A DNA stretch of 64,000 bases from Phaeosaccion multiseriatum (taxonomy: Eukaryota; Protista; Ochrophyta, other classes). This document shows, in pieces, positions 1 through 12,943 of this stretch (position 1 is the first letter of the stretch; every line of letters starts with the position of its first letter). The position numbers and the translations under genes are program-made. The stretch spans positions 2,666,001 to 2,730,000 of the forward strand of contig OZ218960.1 in assembly GCA_965112735.1 (NCBI GenBank), given 5' to 3'. The notes beneath the pieces are model-generated. The model saw only the letters and a program-made list of their open reading frames with translations, did not search any database and had not been told where the DNA came from.

Positions 1-903
1 ATGGCCCGCCCTAGGGGTTCGGGAAGAAGGAATCAGAATACTCCTTCGACTTGGAGCTAAGTTGTTCCACGGGCGACGGGATGGAAGTGCAGGGCAAAGA
101 AAACATCCGTCAACAAACAAATGGGTGTCCAGAACTGCTCAGCTGCAGACATTGCAAGCAGCCCGTTGCCCATGCACTGCACCACTTTTCCCCTTTCACT
201 CTGTCTACGCCATAATCACCCAACCCGGGCCGATAAAGGTCCGTCAGCAGTTTCTGGACATGAGTCGTAGCGTGGGTGAGTTCGCCTCCTCAGCCCCGCA
301 AGCCCCCTGGCAGAGTTGTAACATATCCCCACACACTAGAGCAAACGAGCCTCCGTGCCCCTTCGTGCTCTCTATTTTTTGCGCACCGCAAAGTGTGCGT
401 CTAGAGAACGAACAACTCCCCACTGTAGCAAACCACCCCCCCACCTCCCTCTATGGCGGCTATTCTCGATGCTCTGAGGAGCCGAGGATCGAGCGCACAA
501 ACAACGCGCATAAAGACCATGTGCCTCCTGGGCGCCGCCCACTGTCACACCCCTCCCTCACCGGCATCCTAAGAACAAACAACCTAAACTCTTTCTCCTT
601 AAAGGTTGCCTCTCCCCTTTGCTCGTACCTCCCCGTCCTCAGCTGCTGGGGTTGTTTCCTCGCCCCCGGTGAAGAAGTCTCCGTCGCCGTCCATGATTCG
701 CGTCGCTTAGCTTCTGTAACACACGCAGCGTTTGAGAGAAGGAAGAGAGAATTAGCGCGGCGATGGCAGCCTGTGGCGCGCCACCCAAAAAATGATTGAA
801 GTGGGGGGCAGTGTGTTTAAGAAGGTGATCAACGAGCAGAGGGGACCGCCCGAGGAGTAGCTTCTTGGTCCGGAGGATGAAAAGATTGGCTAGATAGGGT
901 ATT

Positions 904-3900
904 ATGGGACCAGGCTCCAAGGCGGGAGCCAGAGCAGCAGCTGTAGTAGGCGCAGGAGCAGGAGCCACAACCCAGAAAGGATGCTGTCGCCACAGCTCCA
1001 GGAAAAAGAGGCGCCTTGCGGTCCTCTTTGCGGCCGTCTTGCCCATCGTCAGCGGCTTCGTTCCGCAGCTGCCCCGGCCCCGCCTCGGGCTGCTGCCATC
1101 TTTTCCAGCGTCCTCTGATGGGCAACGGCGGGCCGTATCCGTGCACACTTCCACTCGCCCTACGAGACGAGTGCTTCGCCTCTCTTCCGCAGACGACCAT
1201 GGAAGCAGTAGTGAACCTGCTTCAGCATCTGCAGGTGCAACCGCAGTACTGGAGGAAGAGGAGGAGGAAGGGGGGCGTGGCAGTGGGTCTGACAAGAATA
1301 AGACCAAGGGAGGCGGGAAAGTGGCCGTTGCGCAGGCGGTGGTGGCGACGGTCGGAGCCAGCGTCATCAACGCTGCTGCGGCGTCGGCGAAGCCAGTCGG
1401 CGCCCTTGTGAATAAGGTCCGGTCCAATCCCCTTTCCCGGCCAAAGCAGGAGAAGGTGGATGAGGCTGGGAAGGTGGTCATCAACTGGGAGGAGAAGGAG
1501 CCTTTCAACCTCGAGACCGCCGTCCTGCTTGCGGGCTTTGCCTTTGAGAGCTACCTTGATCCTGCTGATGTGAGTGAGACAGAAGGAGCAGATGGAGAAG
1601 GAGAAGCTGAAGAGAGGGAGAGAGAAGAAGAGGAAGTGTTTGCCATCTCTGTGTCCAACTTTCCGCCGCAAGGCCTAGAGGCCAGCGAGGTCGTCACTTT
1701 CGCCGCTTTCCCCCGGCTGGAGAGGGCGTCTAATGTTGTCTCGTTTTCGTGCTTCTTCTCTTCTCTTTCTCATCCTCCACCGGCCTCTCTCCCCTTCTCC
1801 CACCCTCTTTCTCTCCTCCCCTCTCTGTACCCCCGTCTCTCCCTCCCTCTGTCGCCTGTCCCTCTGACCACGACCACTCCTCCCCAACCTCTCGCGCTGC
1901 TCAGAGCAAGTGGAGCTTGGGACGCGATGGCACCAAAGTGGCCTTCCGAGACGAGTGAGTGCGCATGATGTAACTACCATTTCTTATCATACCATGTCGT
2001 TGTCATCCTCAGGCCCTCGGTGCTAGAGTGATTCCTTCCACACACGCACACACACTCACACACAAACACCCTTATCTATCGCTGCTGCTCTCTCGTACTA
2101 GTCCCTCTCAGCATGGACACTTCAACCCCCTCCGCCCCGCCCCGCCCCCCCCCCCCGCTTCGCACGCTCTGTTTGCCTTGCCTTGTCTTGCCTTGCTTTT
2201 GCCTTGCTTCACCCTCTACTGTTGCCTTGCTTCACCCTCTACTGTTGCCTTGCTTCACCCTCTACTGTTGCCTTGCTTCACCCTCTACTGTTGCCTTGCT
2301 TCACCCTCTACTTTGCCTTGCTTCACCCTCTACTGTTTTGCATTTCAGCGAGTTCGTGACGGAGGTGTTCAAAGGACTCCTGTGTGTTACCGTGCACAGC
2401 GCTGAGAACCTACCCAAGGTTAGAGAGAGAGAAGAGAGAGAGAGACGGGAGAGAGAGGACATGGAGAGGAGATGAAGATGAGAAAGACACAGAGATAGAG
2501 AGGAGAGGCTCGCTTTCACTTCCTCACGCCTCCAGCCTCCCTTGTTCCCTTCCCCTGCCCTGCCCTACCCTACCCTCGACAAAACAGCAAAGCGGTTTCG
2601 CCGAAACGGTCCTGAGCGGTGCCGGTGTGGACACTTACGCCGATCTGCGCATAGAGAACGACGCCGGCTGTCTGGACTCCACGTTAGAGGCACAGCAGGT
2701 GTGTGTGGGGGGCTGTTCAATGGGTTGTACTATGTCAATGGGTTGTACTATGTCAATGGGTTGTACTATGTCAATGGGTGGGCGTGTTGGGACTGTCCAA
2801 TGCTACCGTTCCATCCCCACACTGAAGTGCACTCTCTGATCCGCGAGTCTCCTCCTTGGCGTAACGACTTGGCCTTCGCCTCCCGTTTTGGGTGGGGCCT
2901 CTTGACATCGACATCGAAAACCGATCATCGATATCGACCTCGATATCCATCATTGACATCGACATCGATATCATCGATCGATCCTGGTGGACCGATCCCG
3001 GACCGACCCTCTTCTCCGCTAGTCTCATGTGGTGCGTGACCGCAGCACGCCTCGTTACGGAGAGATGTTTCAACTCTACGTGGGGGATGCCACCAAGGCC
3101 ACACTCAACATCACCATCATCGATCAGGTGGGTGGGTAGTAAGTCAAGGGGGGGGGTGGATGGATCAGTCAGTATCTGGTGTCAGTGTATCGGTCAGTGC
3201 CTGGTGTCAGTCGCTCAGTTCAAATTCAGTTCATTCATTAGACCTCCGCCAAGATCGAATATCGATCCGCAAACTGAAACGGAACCCTCTCCCTCCTCAC
3301 CCTTTACAGGAGCTGTTCGGCCCCGATGTCCCCCTCGGGACCGTTTCATTCCCTGTACAAACCTTTGCCCAGGAGGGGATGGTAGAGGATGGCGCACCCA
3401 AGGCGTGGGAGGACTGGGCGGTACTCACCCCGTGTAGTCAGGAGGTAGCGAGGCGGGTTGAGATAGGCGGACGGGGGCCGATGAGAGTAAGGATGGATGT
3501 GATGTACGTTCCCTTCGGCCCGAGAGATGATCCGCTGAGCGCAGCGGAAGCCGCTTTGCGCGAGGCGGAGGAGGAGGGGGAGGAGGAGGAGGAGGAGCGA
3601 GCGGAGAGGGAGCGGGAGGAGGAGGAAGCGGAGGAGGAGGAGGAGAGGAAGCGTCTTGAGAATCTTGCGAGGTTTATCACGGGTGAGTGAGTGAGTGAGT
3701 GAGTGAGTGAGTGAGTGATTGGGCCGGTGGGTTGATGGATGGGGTCGGTGGGAGGGTGCGGGTGTCAAAGGGGAGGAAGGGAGGGAGAGAGGGAGAGTGA
3801 GTGGTGGAGGGAGGGAGGCAGGGAGGGGGGTAGGGTGAGTGAGGGAGCGAGTGAGTGAGTGAACGAGTAAGTGAGGGAGTGAGTGAGTGAACGAGTAAGT

Positions 3901-6900
3901 GAGGGAGTGAGTGAGTGAGTGAGTGAGTGAGTGTGAGCGCGTAAGTGAGGGAGTGAGGGAGTAGTACGTATCTTACCATTCTACCTCCCTTTCACCTCCC
4001 TCCCTCCCCAGGCCTCCACCCCATCCCACCCCTCACCCCCCCCCCCCCCCGCCCCCTCGTATCACCAACTGCCTGCGGCCCCTCCTCCTCAATAAACAAG
4101 GCCCTCGTGGTGCTACAGATGGCGTCGACTGGAGAGTACTTGCTCAAAAGGTGGGGGGCTTCGCGACCGTGGCCAAGGACTTCACCCCGACTTTCTTTCT
4201 CGAGCAGGACGATACAGACACTCAGGTTTGGTTCATACACTTTCGTAATTGTGCGTTGTGCATGTTGCTTTTTCAATCAGCCGGTGAAGTGGTCGTTCAA
4301 CTGGTCGCTAAGTACCGTTAATGCAAGACGATGCGATGTGCGACGTTAACCCCCTTTCCCCTTGAGTGGTGTTCAGAGTGAGGTGCCTGGGGTGTCCTCC
4401 TCTTCTCCGCCTCCTGTCCATCCACTGCCATCCCTCCCTTTCGTTCAGCTCACCCTCTGTCTTTCTTCCTGTGTCACTCCCTCCCTCCCTGCTCCTCCTC
4501 CTCCCCCTCCTCCTCCTCCAATCCCATCCACCCACCGCCATCCTCCAATCCCATCCACTACCATCCATCCTCCTGTCCGTGCTCTTGTCCTCAAGGTGGA
4601 CGTATGGCGGGACCGGAGCACCAAGCGCTTGGTCATTAGCTTCAGGGGCACCGAATCGGTGAGTGAGTGACTTCCTTCGTCGTCGTTCCTTCCCGACCCT
4701 AGGGGGAAGTCCTCTTCGATGGTTCTGACCTCCTCTCACCACCACTACCGTCTTCATCTCGGTATGTATGCCTTTGTCTCCTCTCCCTCTATTCATGTCG
4801 TTGTACGATCTTGGTCTCCTCTCCTCCGCCTCTACGCATACACAGATCAAATGGAGGGACTTTGTCACCGACGCCAATTTCCTGCAAGTGCCCTACGATG
4901 ATGAAGAAGGGGCTGTCTTCTCCGATAAGATCAAGAGCAAGGTGGAGAGCGCCAAGAGGCAGGTGGGGGGGGGGGGCGGCAAGAAGGAGAGGAGGGGCCT
5001 CAGTGCGCTACTACCCAGACTCCTCCCTGGTCGCAGACGTAGGCGAGAGGACGAGGAGGCAGCAGCCGCAGCAGAAGAAGCAGCAGCAGTAGCAGCAGCA
5101 GCAGCATCAGCAACAGAGGCGGCGGCGGCACGAGCAGTGGCAGAGGAGGCGGCAGTGGGGGGGATTACAGATCAGGCGAGTTGGTGATACAGAGGGAGGG
5201 AGGGAGGGAGGGAGGGAGGTAGGCAGAGGAAGGGCCAAAGATTTGTGTAAGAGTGGTTTACTTGTTGAGGTTGGTCCTGACACTTATCATCCATCCCTCC
5301 CACCCCCCATGCCCTCAACCCACACTACTTGCCGCGCCTCTGCGTCGCCTGACACCATGCACTAGGACCCCCCTCTGTGTGTGTATGTGTGTCTCTCTCT
5401 CTGGCGCTCTCTTGCCGGCTATCTCTCTCTCTTATCTCTTTCTCTCCATCCCACTCTCACACCCTCTCTCTCTCTCCCTCCCTTGCCTCTCCGACTCTCT
5501 CTCCCTCCCTCTCCCTGCTCATTTGCTGCCTCTCTTGTATTCACAGATGGCGGAGGTACTAACGGGTCTGGAGAAACTTCGCTCTGACATTCCTGCATCC
5601 GTCCGAGAGGGACTTGCCGTGGTGCCTGGTGTCACTCAGGTAAATGTACACACACAGTACGTAGCATTACGTAACATGTCGTCATTAAATGGAATGATTC
5701 GTGAGTATGAGGGTCACGGTCAGAGGGCGAGGGGTGGAGCGGAGCTTTTGAGGTATATATATTGGGGTGGAAAGGGGCTTTTGAGGTATATGTATATAAA
5801 AAAAAGGGGTGGAGCGGAGCTTTTGACGTAGGGGTGGAGTGGGAGTGGAGAGGAGTAGAGAGTGAGGGTGGAGTGGAGTGGAGAGGGCAAGGGTCAGGGT
5901 CAGGGTCAGGGTCAGGGTCTGAGTCGGGGTCACCTTCCTCCCTTTGCCCTATCAAGCGGCTGCCCCCGTGTGTAGATGGAGAGCACGCACTCCTCTCCTT
6001 TGCCTTGTCCACCGCTCTAATGGCATGCTTCTTGCCCATCTCCATCGCTCCTTTGCTGTTTTGACGCTCTGGGGACGGATTTTGCATGTGTTATGTGTTT
6101 TTTTTTGTGTGTGTGTGTATGTGTGTGTGTGCGTATGTGTGTGTCTGCAGTCGCTGAACCAAATTTCCTCCAACCTGGACGTGCTCAAAAGAGTGGCACT
6201 CACCGCGTCGACAACGGATGAGGAGGATGGGGAGGAGAGGGAGAAGGAGGAGGAAGAGGAGGGGGAGGAAGAGGGGGGGGCTTCGGTGGGTGGAAGAGGA
6301 GAGGAGGGAGGAGGAGGAGATGAAGGAGGAGGAGGAGGAGGAGGAGACGGAGGAGAAGAAGGAGAGTCATGGGACACCAAGGCAGTAGGAAGCAAGAGGA
6401 TCAAGAGCAGCAGCAGCAACAGCAGGGACGAGAAGGCAGAGAGGAAGCGACTACAGAGCTTGCGCCTCTCCGCTCAGGTCAAGCAACGCGAGGAGCAACA
6501 GAAGAACGTTCTCGGAGACTGGGCTGGGCTCATTCAGGTGATTGAAGAGAGAGAGAGAGGAGCGAGTGATCCGTCTTTCACTCACACCCTCAAACACGCA
6601 CTCCCTCACTCCCTCTTGTCCCTCACTCTCTCTCTCACTGGCACTCATTCACTCATTCACTCACTCACCCTCTCTCTCTCTCTCCCTTCCTCCCTCCCTC
6701 CCTCTCTCCCTCCCTCCCTCCCCCCCTCCCTCCCTCCCTCTCTCCCTCCCTCTCCCTCCCCTCCCTCCCTCCCTTCCCTCCCTCCCTCCCTCCCTCCCTC
6801 CCCTCCCTCCCTCCCTCCCTCCCTCCCTCCCTCCCTCCCTCCCTCCCTCCCTCCCTCCCTCCCTCCCTCCCTCTCCCTCTCTCAGGAGTCTCTGGCCAGC

Positions 6901-9127
6901 TCCGTGTATGATTGGGTCAAATCCACAAGGGCCTTCGAGCCCTCTTCCACTCATCATGAGCATGGGGAAGGGGACGAGGACGGAGAGGGAGAGGGAGAGG
7001 GAGAGGGGGCACAGCGAGGACAGGCAGAGGGGAGGAGGAGGAGGAGGAGTAAGCAGCAGCAGCAGGAGCAGCAGCTGAGGATACCTGATACACCCATGCA
7101 GAGCTTTCAGCGCTTCGTCAACTCATCTATAGAAGACCTCAAGAAGGAGTCGATGGCAGCAAATGGCGGGGGGGGCGGCTTCAACTTTAGTTTCGATATG
7201 CAGGACTTTCTCGTCTCTTCGGGCCTCGACGTGGCAGCGGTAAGTGGGGTTACGTACTATTCTGTGTACATGCTCTTTCTCTGACTTAGTATGCAGTAGG
7301 CAGCCCACTTACTTCCTCCCTCCCTCCCTCCCTCCTCCCTCCCTCCCTCCCTAAGATGCCTCCCATCATGGCCAATCTGACGGCTCTTGGGCAAGCGGGC
7401 TCGAACATTACAACCCTGGAGCAGTTCACGAACATGTTTGCGAGTGTTTTATCTGACAGTATACCGAAGGTAACAGTCTCATGCGCCCCTTTGTTTACCT
7501 TATCCTTATCCTAGGTAACTTTATCATGTTTGATATTGACTTATTCCCCCTCCTCCCCCCCTCCCTCCCTCCCCCCCTCCCTCCCTCCCTCCCTCCCTCC
7601 CTCCCTCCCTCCCTCCCTCCCTCCCTCCCTCCCTCCATCCCTCCCTCCCTCCCTCCCTCCCTCCCTCCCTCCCTCCCTCCCTCCCTCCCTCCCTCCCTCC
7701 CTCCCTCCCTCCCTCCCTCCCTCCCTCCCTCCCTCCCTCCCTCCCTCCCTCCCTCCCTCCCTCCCTCCCTCCCTCCCTCCCTCCCTCCCTCCCTCCCTCC
7801 CTCCCTCCCTCCCTCCCTCCCTCCCTCCCTCCCTCCCTCCCTCCCTCCCCTCCCCTCCCTCCCTCCCTCCCTCCCTCCCTCCCAGTCGGTGGGCCAACAG
7901 GCGCTGGTGCAAGGGCAGGGGCAGGGGGGAGGACTTGACGACCTTCTTGAGGAGCTGCGTGCGGCGGGCAAGGCGGCCTCAGACGACAGCGTGCAGGTGT
8001 GTCAGAGAGGACAGAGGAGAGCACGGCCGGTACAGAGCACGACCGTTACAGAGCACGACCGTTACAGAGCGCGACCGTTACAGAGTACCGTTACAGAGTA
8101 CCGTTACAGAGCGCGACCGTTACAGAGTACTGTTACAGACCACGACCGTTACAGAGTGCCGTGACAAAGCTATTCCCTCTCTCTCGTGTATACTATCCTC
8201 TCACCACCTCCCCCCTTCTCCCCTCTCTCCCGCCTCCCGTCTCTCCGTCTCCCCCCCTTCTATCCTCTCTCCCTTCCCCTCCCTCCCTCCCTCCCTCCCT
8301 CCCTCCTTCAGTCCTTCCTGAGCTCCCTTGCGGATTTGGTCCAAATGAGCTCTCTCAAGGAGTCAGTCCCGCTAGTGCACACAGGCTTCAAATCGGTAAG
8401 TCGTTACGTGTCATTATGTATCACACCTATCACACTTGGCGACGGCAATAACGCCGCACTCACAGGCTGGCAGTGACCCACTCACAGCGGGCGAGTGCGT
8501 CTGTCTCACAACAGCCCAGCCTTCCCTCGCTTTCTTGTCCTCTGAAACACGACTGTTTTCCCACCAACCCATTACTCACCACCCCCCTGTTGCTGTATCA
8601 CCAATTGTTATACCCGCTAGCCCTGTGATGCTGTGATGCTGTGATGCTGCAGTATAACCAACTGCCTGTGATGCTGTGATGCTGCTATATCACCAACAGG
8701 CGTACGACAGCACTCAAGAGACTCTCCGCGGCATGGTGGAGACAGCAGTGGAGGGGGACATCGAAGGCTACCACATACTCGTCACAGGTGACAACACACA
8801 ACATGCTCTGTATTCCCACACACCCCTTTTCTCTCCTCTCCCTCTCTTACGTGATTCCTATTAAGTCAATAAACGTCCCGCTCCCCCTCTCACCCGAGCG
8901 CGTGCCCCCCGTCCCCCCACTGCACGCAATGTATGTTCCATGTATTATGTATGATTATGTATGATTTATGTATGTACGCGCGGGGCTGGGCACCTCTGAC
9001 TCTGTCCATGTATTGTCACTCATTGGGTCGTTCTCTCTCTCTTTTTTTTCTCTCTGTCTATCTATCTATCTATCTATCTATCCACCCATCTATCCATCTA
9101 TCCACCTATCTATCTTTCTATCTATCC

Positions 9128-9158
<31 letters not shown>

Positions 9159-11741
9159 CATCTATCTATCTATCTTTCTATCTATCTATCTATCTATCCA
9201 CCTATCTATCCATCTATCTATCTGTCTATCCATCTATCTGTCTATCTATCTATCTATCTATCTATCTATCCACCTATCTATCCATCTATCTATCTGTCTA
9301 TCTTTCTATCTGTCTATCTATCTATCCACCCATCTATCCATCTATCTATCCATCTATCTATCTATCTATCGCTGTCTAAGGGCATTCTCTGGGTGGAGCT
9401 TTGGCTGTGCTCGCATCGCTCGACATCAAGAGGCGACACCCCGAGGTAACAAGCAAGCATGTCAAGCAAGCATGTCAAGCAAACATGTCAAGCAAACATG
9501 TCCAGCAAACTTGTCCAGCAAACTTGGCATGTCCGCAGTCAGCACAAAGCTGCCTTGCCTTGCAACCTCTCTCTTCTCTCTTGTCGTCCATACCTCCCAG
9601 TCAGTCCCCTCAACTCTCTCTTCTTTTCTCTTCTCTTCTCTTCTCTTCTTTTCTCTTCTCTTCTCTTCTCTTCTCTTCTCTTCTCTTCCTCCTTTCTCTG
9701 CTCTGCTCTGCTCTTGTCCTCTGTACTCAGTGCCGTCTTTGCTCTTGTCCTCTTTACTCAGTGCCGTCTTTGCTCTTGTCCTCTTTACTCAGTGCCGCTC
9801 TTCTCTTCTTCTTCCACCTCGTGCTACGCTCTTCACTGTCTCCTCTCTTTGTTTGTCCGACTGCTCTGTTCTGCTCTCCTCTTCTCCCCTCCCCTCCCCT
9901 CTACTCTACTCTACTCTGCCCATATTCTTCTCCACTCCACTGCTCTGCTTTACTCTGCTCTGCCGCACCACCAACAGGCGTGGGTCACGTGTTACTCGTT
10001 TGGAGCGCCAAGGGCGGGCAACACAGCGTTTGCCAATGTCGTCAATGGTGCGTATGTGTGTGCGTGTGTGTTGGTATGTGTATGTGTGTGTGCGCGTGTG
10101 TGCGTGTATGTGTGTTTGTTGGTTTGTGCGTGTGCGTGTGCGTGTGCGTGTGCGTGCGTGCGTGCGTGTGTGTATGTACATGGTATTACTATGTGTATGC
10201 GTGTGCTTGTGTGCGTATTCCCCACCCCATCTCTCCTCCTCCTCCTCACCCCCCCCCCCCCCCACCCTCCCACAGCTAACTTGGACGAGTACTTCCGCGT
10301 GGTGAACGACAAAGACATCATCCCCCGCATGCCTCGAGGCCGTGTGGTCATGAGGGCCTTGGACTATGAGCATGGAGGAAGGACGGTGCTTGTGGATGAA
10401 GACAACCAGGGCTCCTTGTGGATTGAAGGGGAGGTGGGTGTGCGGTATAGGGCACGGGGTATGTATGGGTATGTATGGGTATGTATGGGTATGTATGGGT
10501 ATGTATGGGTATGTATGGGTATGTATGGATTGTGGCGTCTCTCTCGCTCTCTCGCTCGCTCGATCTCTCTCACCCACTCACTCACCCACGCACCCACTTC
10601 CTCACGCACTCACTCACTTCCTCACGCACTCACTCACTTCCTCTCCCTCACAGTCCGAGGGCATGGATCAACTCAAGGACCTCGACCCAAGCGTCATGCT
10701 GCTCGAGTCCATCTCCCGCAACATTGACGGGAAGGAGCAGGAGGGGTACCAGTTGGTGATACAGGACCAGGACGCGCAGGAGGGGCAGGAGGGACAGCAC
10801 ACGACTGAAGGTAGTGGACAGGAGTCACGACTGTAGTGCTGAGACTGGTACCTCTCTCTCCCTCCCTCCCTCCCTCCCTCCCTCCCTTTCTCTCTCTCCC
10901 TCCCTCTCTTGCTCCCACTTTCTCGTTCTCTCACTTTCTCTCTCTCCCTCCCTCCCTCCCTCCCTCCCTCCCTCCCTCCCTCCCTCCCTCCCTCCCTCCC
11001 TCCCTCTCTTTCTCTCTCGTTCTTCTCATTCTGTCTCATTGACCCTCATCACTCTACTCTCCTTCGCTTGCTTTCCGTAACCGCTTCACAGAGGACGACC
11101 AGCATTCTTCTCCTCAAGAAGAACAAGGAGGGTTCCTCAGCATGATGAAGAGGGAGGGGGAGGGGAAGGGGCAGGAGAAGGAGGGGAAGCGGCAAGAAGA
11201 AGGAGAAGACGAAGAAGGGAAGGCTACGAAGTCTACGTCGATGACGAAGGCCGAGTCGAATGACGTCACTGACCACAAGCATGACAAGGTTGAGCCCATC
11301 CCCACCACGATGGCTTCCGCATTATCTTTCTTGGATCGTGAGCTCCTGTTGCTTGATGCGCTGCTGTCTGGGGAGGCATTCGCACATCACTTTGAGGCGG
11401 ACTACTTTAAAGCTCTGGACTTGGCCGCCGGTGTACCGCTCAATAGGAGGAGGAGAAAGAGAGGAGACAGAGTCAGGAACATGCTGTCCAAGGGCAAGGG
11501 AGGGGCTGCGGGTAGGGCAAGGGAGAAGGACAAGAAGGAGAAGGAGAAGGAGGAGAAGGACAAGAAGGCGAAGGAGAAGAAGGAGAAGAAGGAGAAGGGG
11601 GTGGGTGCGAGCAGTGGTGGTAGGCCTGGTGATGATGATTATAGTGATGACAGTGGGCTGCTTTGGGTGGTGGCCAAGCAATTAAAGACTCGGGGAGAGA
11701 AAGCGGCGGCGGACTTCTCAGGAGCGTGGCCGAAGGAATAG
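904..11741 (+). CDS. Multi-exon class-3 lipase (Lipase_3) with N-terminal C2 domain and probable plastid presequence; HIL1/PGD1-like architecture
   Basis: Approximate exons: 904-1569, 1905-1954, 2349-2418, 2588-2698, 3023-3127, 3310-3682, 4119-4225, 4596-4658, 4846-5175, 5547-5639, 6151-6537, 6886-7239, 7356-7469, 7886-7996, 8312-8395, 8700-8787, 9381-9445, 9978-10047, 10276-10433, 10654-~10810, ~11092-11741. C2 motifs: GLLCVTVHSAENLP...TPRYGEMFQLYV...LNITIIDQE. Lipase motifs: TDTQVDVWRD..RLVISFRGTE, VHTGF, ILVT-GHSLGG-AL, YSFGAPRAGN, RVVNDKDIIPRMP, YEHGG, AHHFEADY. N-terminus LAVLFAAVLPIVSG|FVP. Confidence 0.9.
2200..2336 (+). repeat. 23-bp intronic minisatellite (GTTGCCTTGCTTCACCCTCTACT), about 6 copies
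   Basis: Direct tandem copies upstream of the acceptor at 2348. Confidence 0.9.
7551..7884 (+). repeat. Intronic (CCCT)n microsatellite
   Basis: Near-perfect tetranucleotide run ending at the acceptor AG. Confidence 0.95.
8028..8158 (+). repeat. Intronic minisatellite built on ACCGTTACAGAG
   Basis: About 9 tandem 13-16 bp variants. Confidence 0.85.
9055..9370 (+). repeat. Intronic (TATC)n microsatellite
   Basis: Degenerate TATC/CATC run preceding the GHSLGG exon. Confidence 0.95.
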
Positions 11742-12634
11742 AGAGAGAGAGGGAGGGAGGACAGAGAGAGAGAGGGAGGGAGGAGAGGGAGAGAGGAGAG
11801 GGAGAGAGGGAGGGAGGACAGAGAGAGAGGGAGGGAGGAGAGAGAGAGGGAGGGAGAGAGGAGAGAGAGGGAGGGAGGACAGAGAGAGAGGAAGTAGAGA
11901 GAGAGGTGGGAAGGAAGAGAGAGGGAGGGAGAGAGGGGGGCGGAGAGAGGGAGAGAGAGAGGGGAGGAGAGAGGGAGGTGGGGAGGAACAGAGAGAGGGA
12001 GAAGAGACGGGGAGACAAAGAAGGAGAGGAGTGGCATGTATTTATGTTACACGGTGCCTTCCTTCCAAGGCATCGCAAAAGCCATCTCCCTCCCTCCCTC
12101 CCTCCCTCCTTCCTTCCCTCCTTCCCTCCCTCCCTCCCTCCCTCCCTCCCTCTCTCCCTCCCTCCCTCCCTCCCTCCCTCCCTCCCTTCCTTTCTTATCC
12201 TTGTCCTAACCAACATTCTAGCTCCAGCTAACCTAAACCGTACGTATGCAATTACGTATGTGTCAATGTGATGTGTGTTCTCTGCCCTCGTGCAACACAC
12301 ACACGCACGCACACACGCACGCATCCCTTTTCTTTTCTGTCCAAACTCAAACTACATATAAAAAAAAAAGATCACGAAAGAAAACAAAAACTCCCCAACT
12401 CACAGCCAACACTCCTTCCTGCTCCTCGTTTGTCTCCAGCCACTCCTTCCTGCTCCTCTTCTGTCTCCAGCGCTCTGCGATCGAATCGATCAGTCGGAAT
12501 ATATATTATCATATCCCTTCCTTCTCCTCCCCTCCTTTTGCTTCCTTCGGCCCTTCTTTGTGTTTCCCCTCCCTCGCTTTGATGACATAGGTCGATGGGT
12601 ACGGCTCCTCACAGACAAACTAACTTTCCTCCAC

Positions 12635-12719
12635 TTACCACTGCGGGAGTCGTTTCGTTTGCTGCTGCTGATGCTGCTGTTGTTGCTGCTGCTGCTGCTG
12701 CTGATGTTGTTGTTGTTGC

Positions 12720-12767
<48 letters not shown>

Positions 12768-12769
12768 GG

Positions 12770-12806
<37 letters not shown>

Positions 12807-12808
12807 GG

Positions 12809-12900
<92 letters not shown>

Positions 12901-12908
12901 GCTGCTGC

Positions 12909-12943
<35 letters not shown>

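Noticed and set aside
1-694. Possible minus-strand gene start (MDGDGDFFTGG...|gtacg) and an imperfect inverted repeat at 126-139 / 246-260
   Set aside because: No consistent spliced frame could be built; the inverted repeat is short with no clear target-site duplication.
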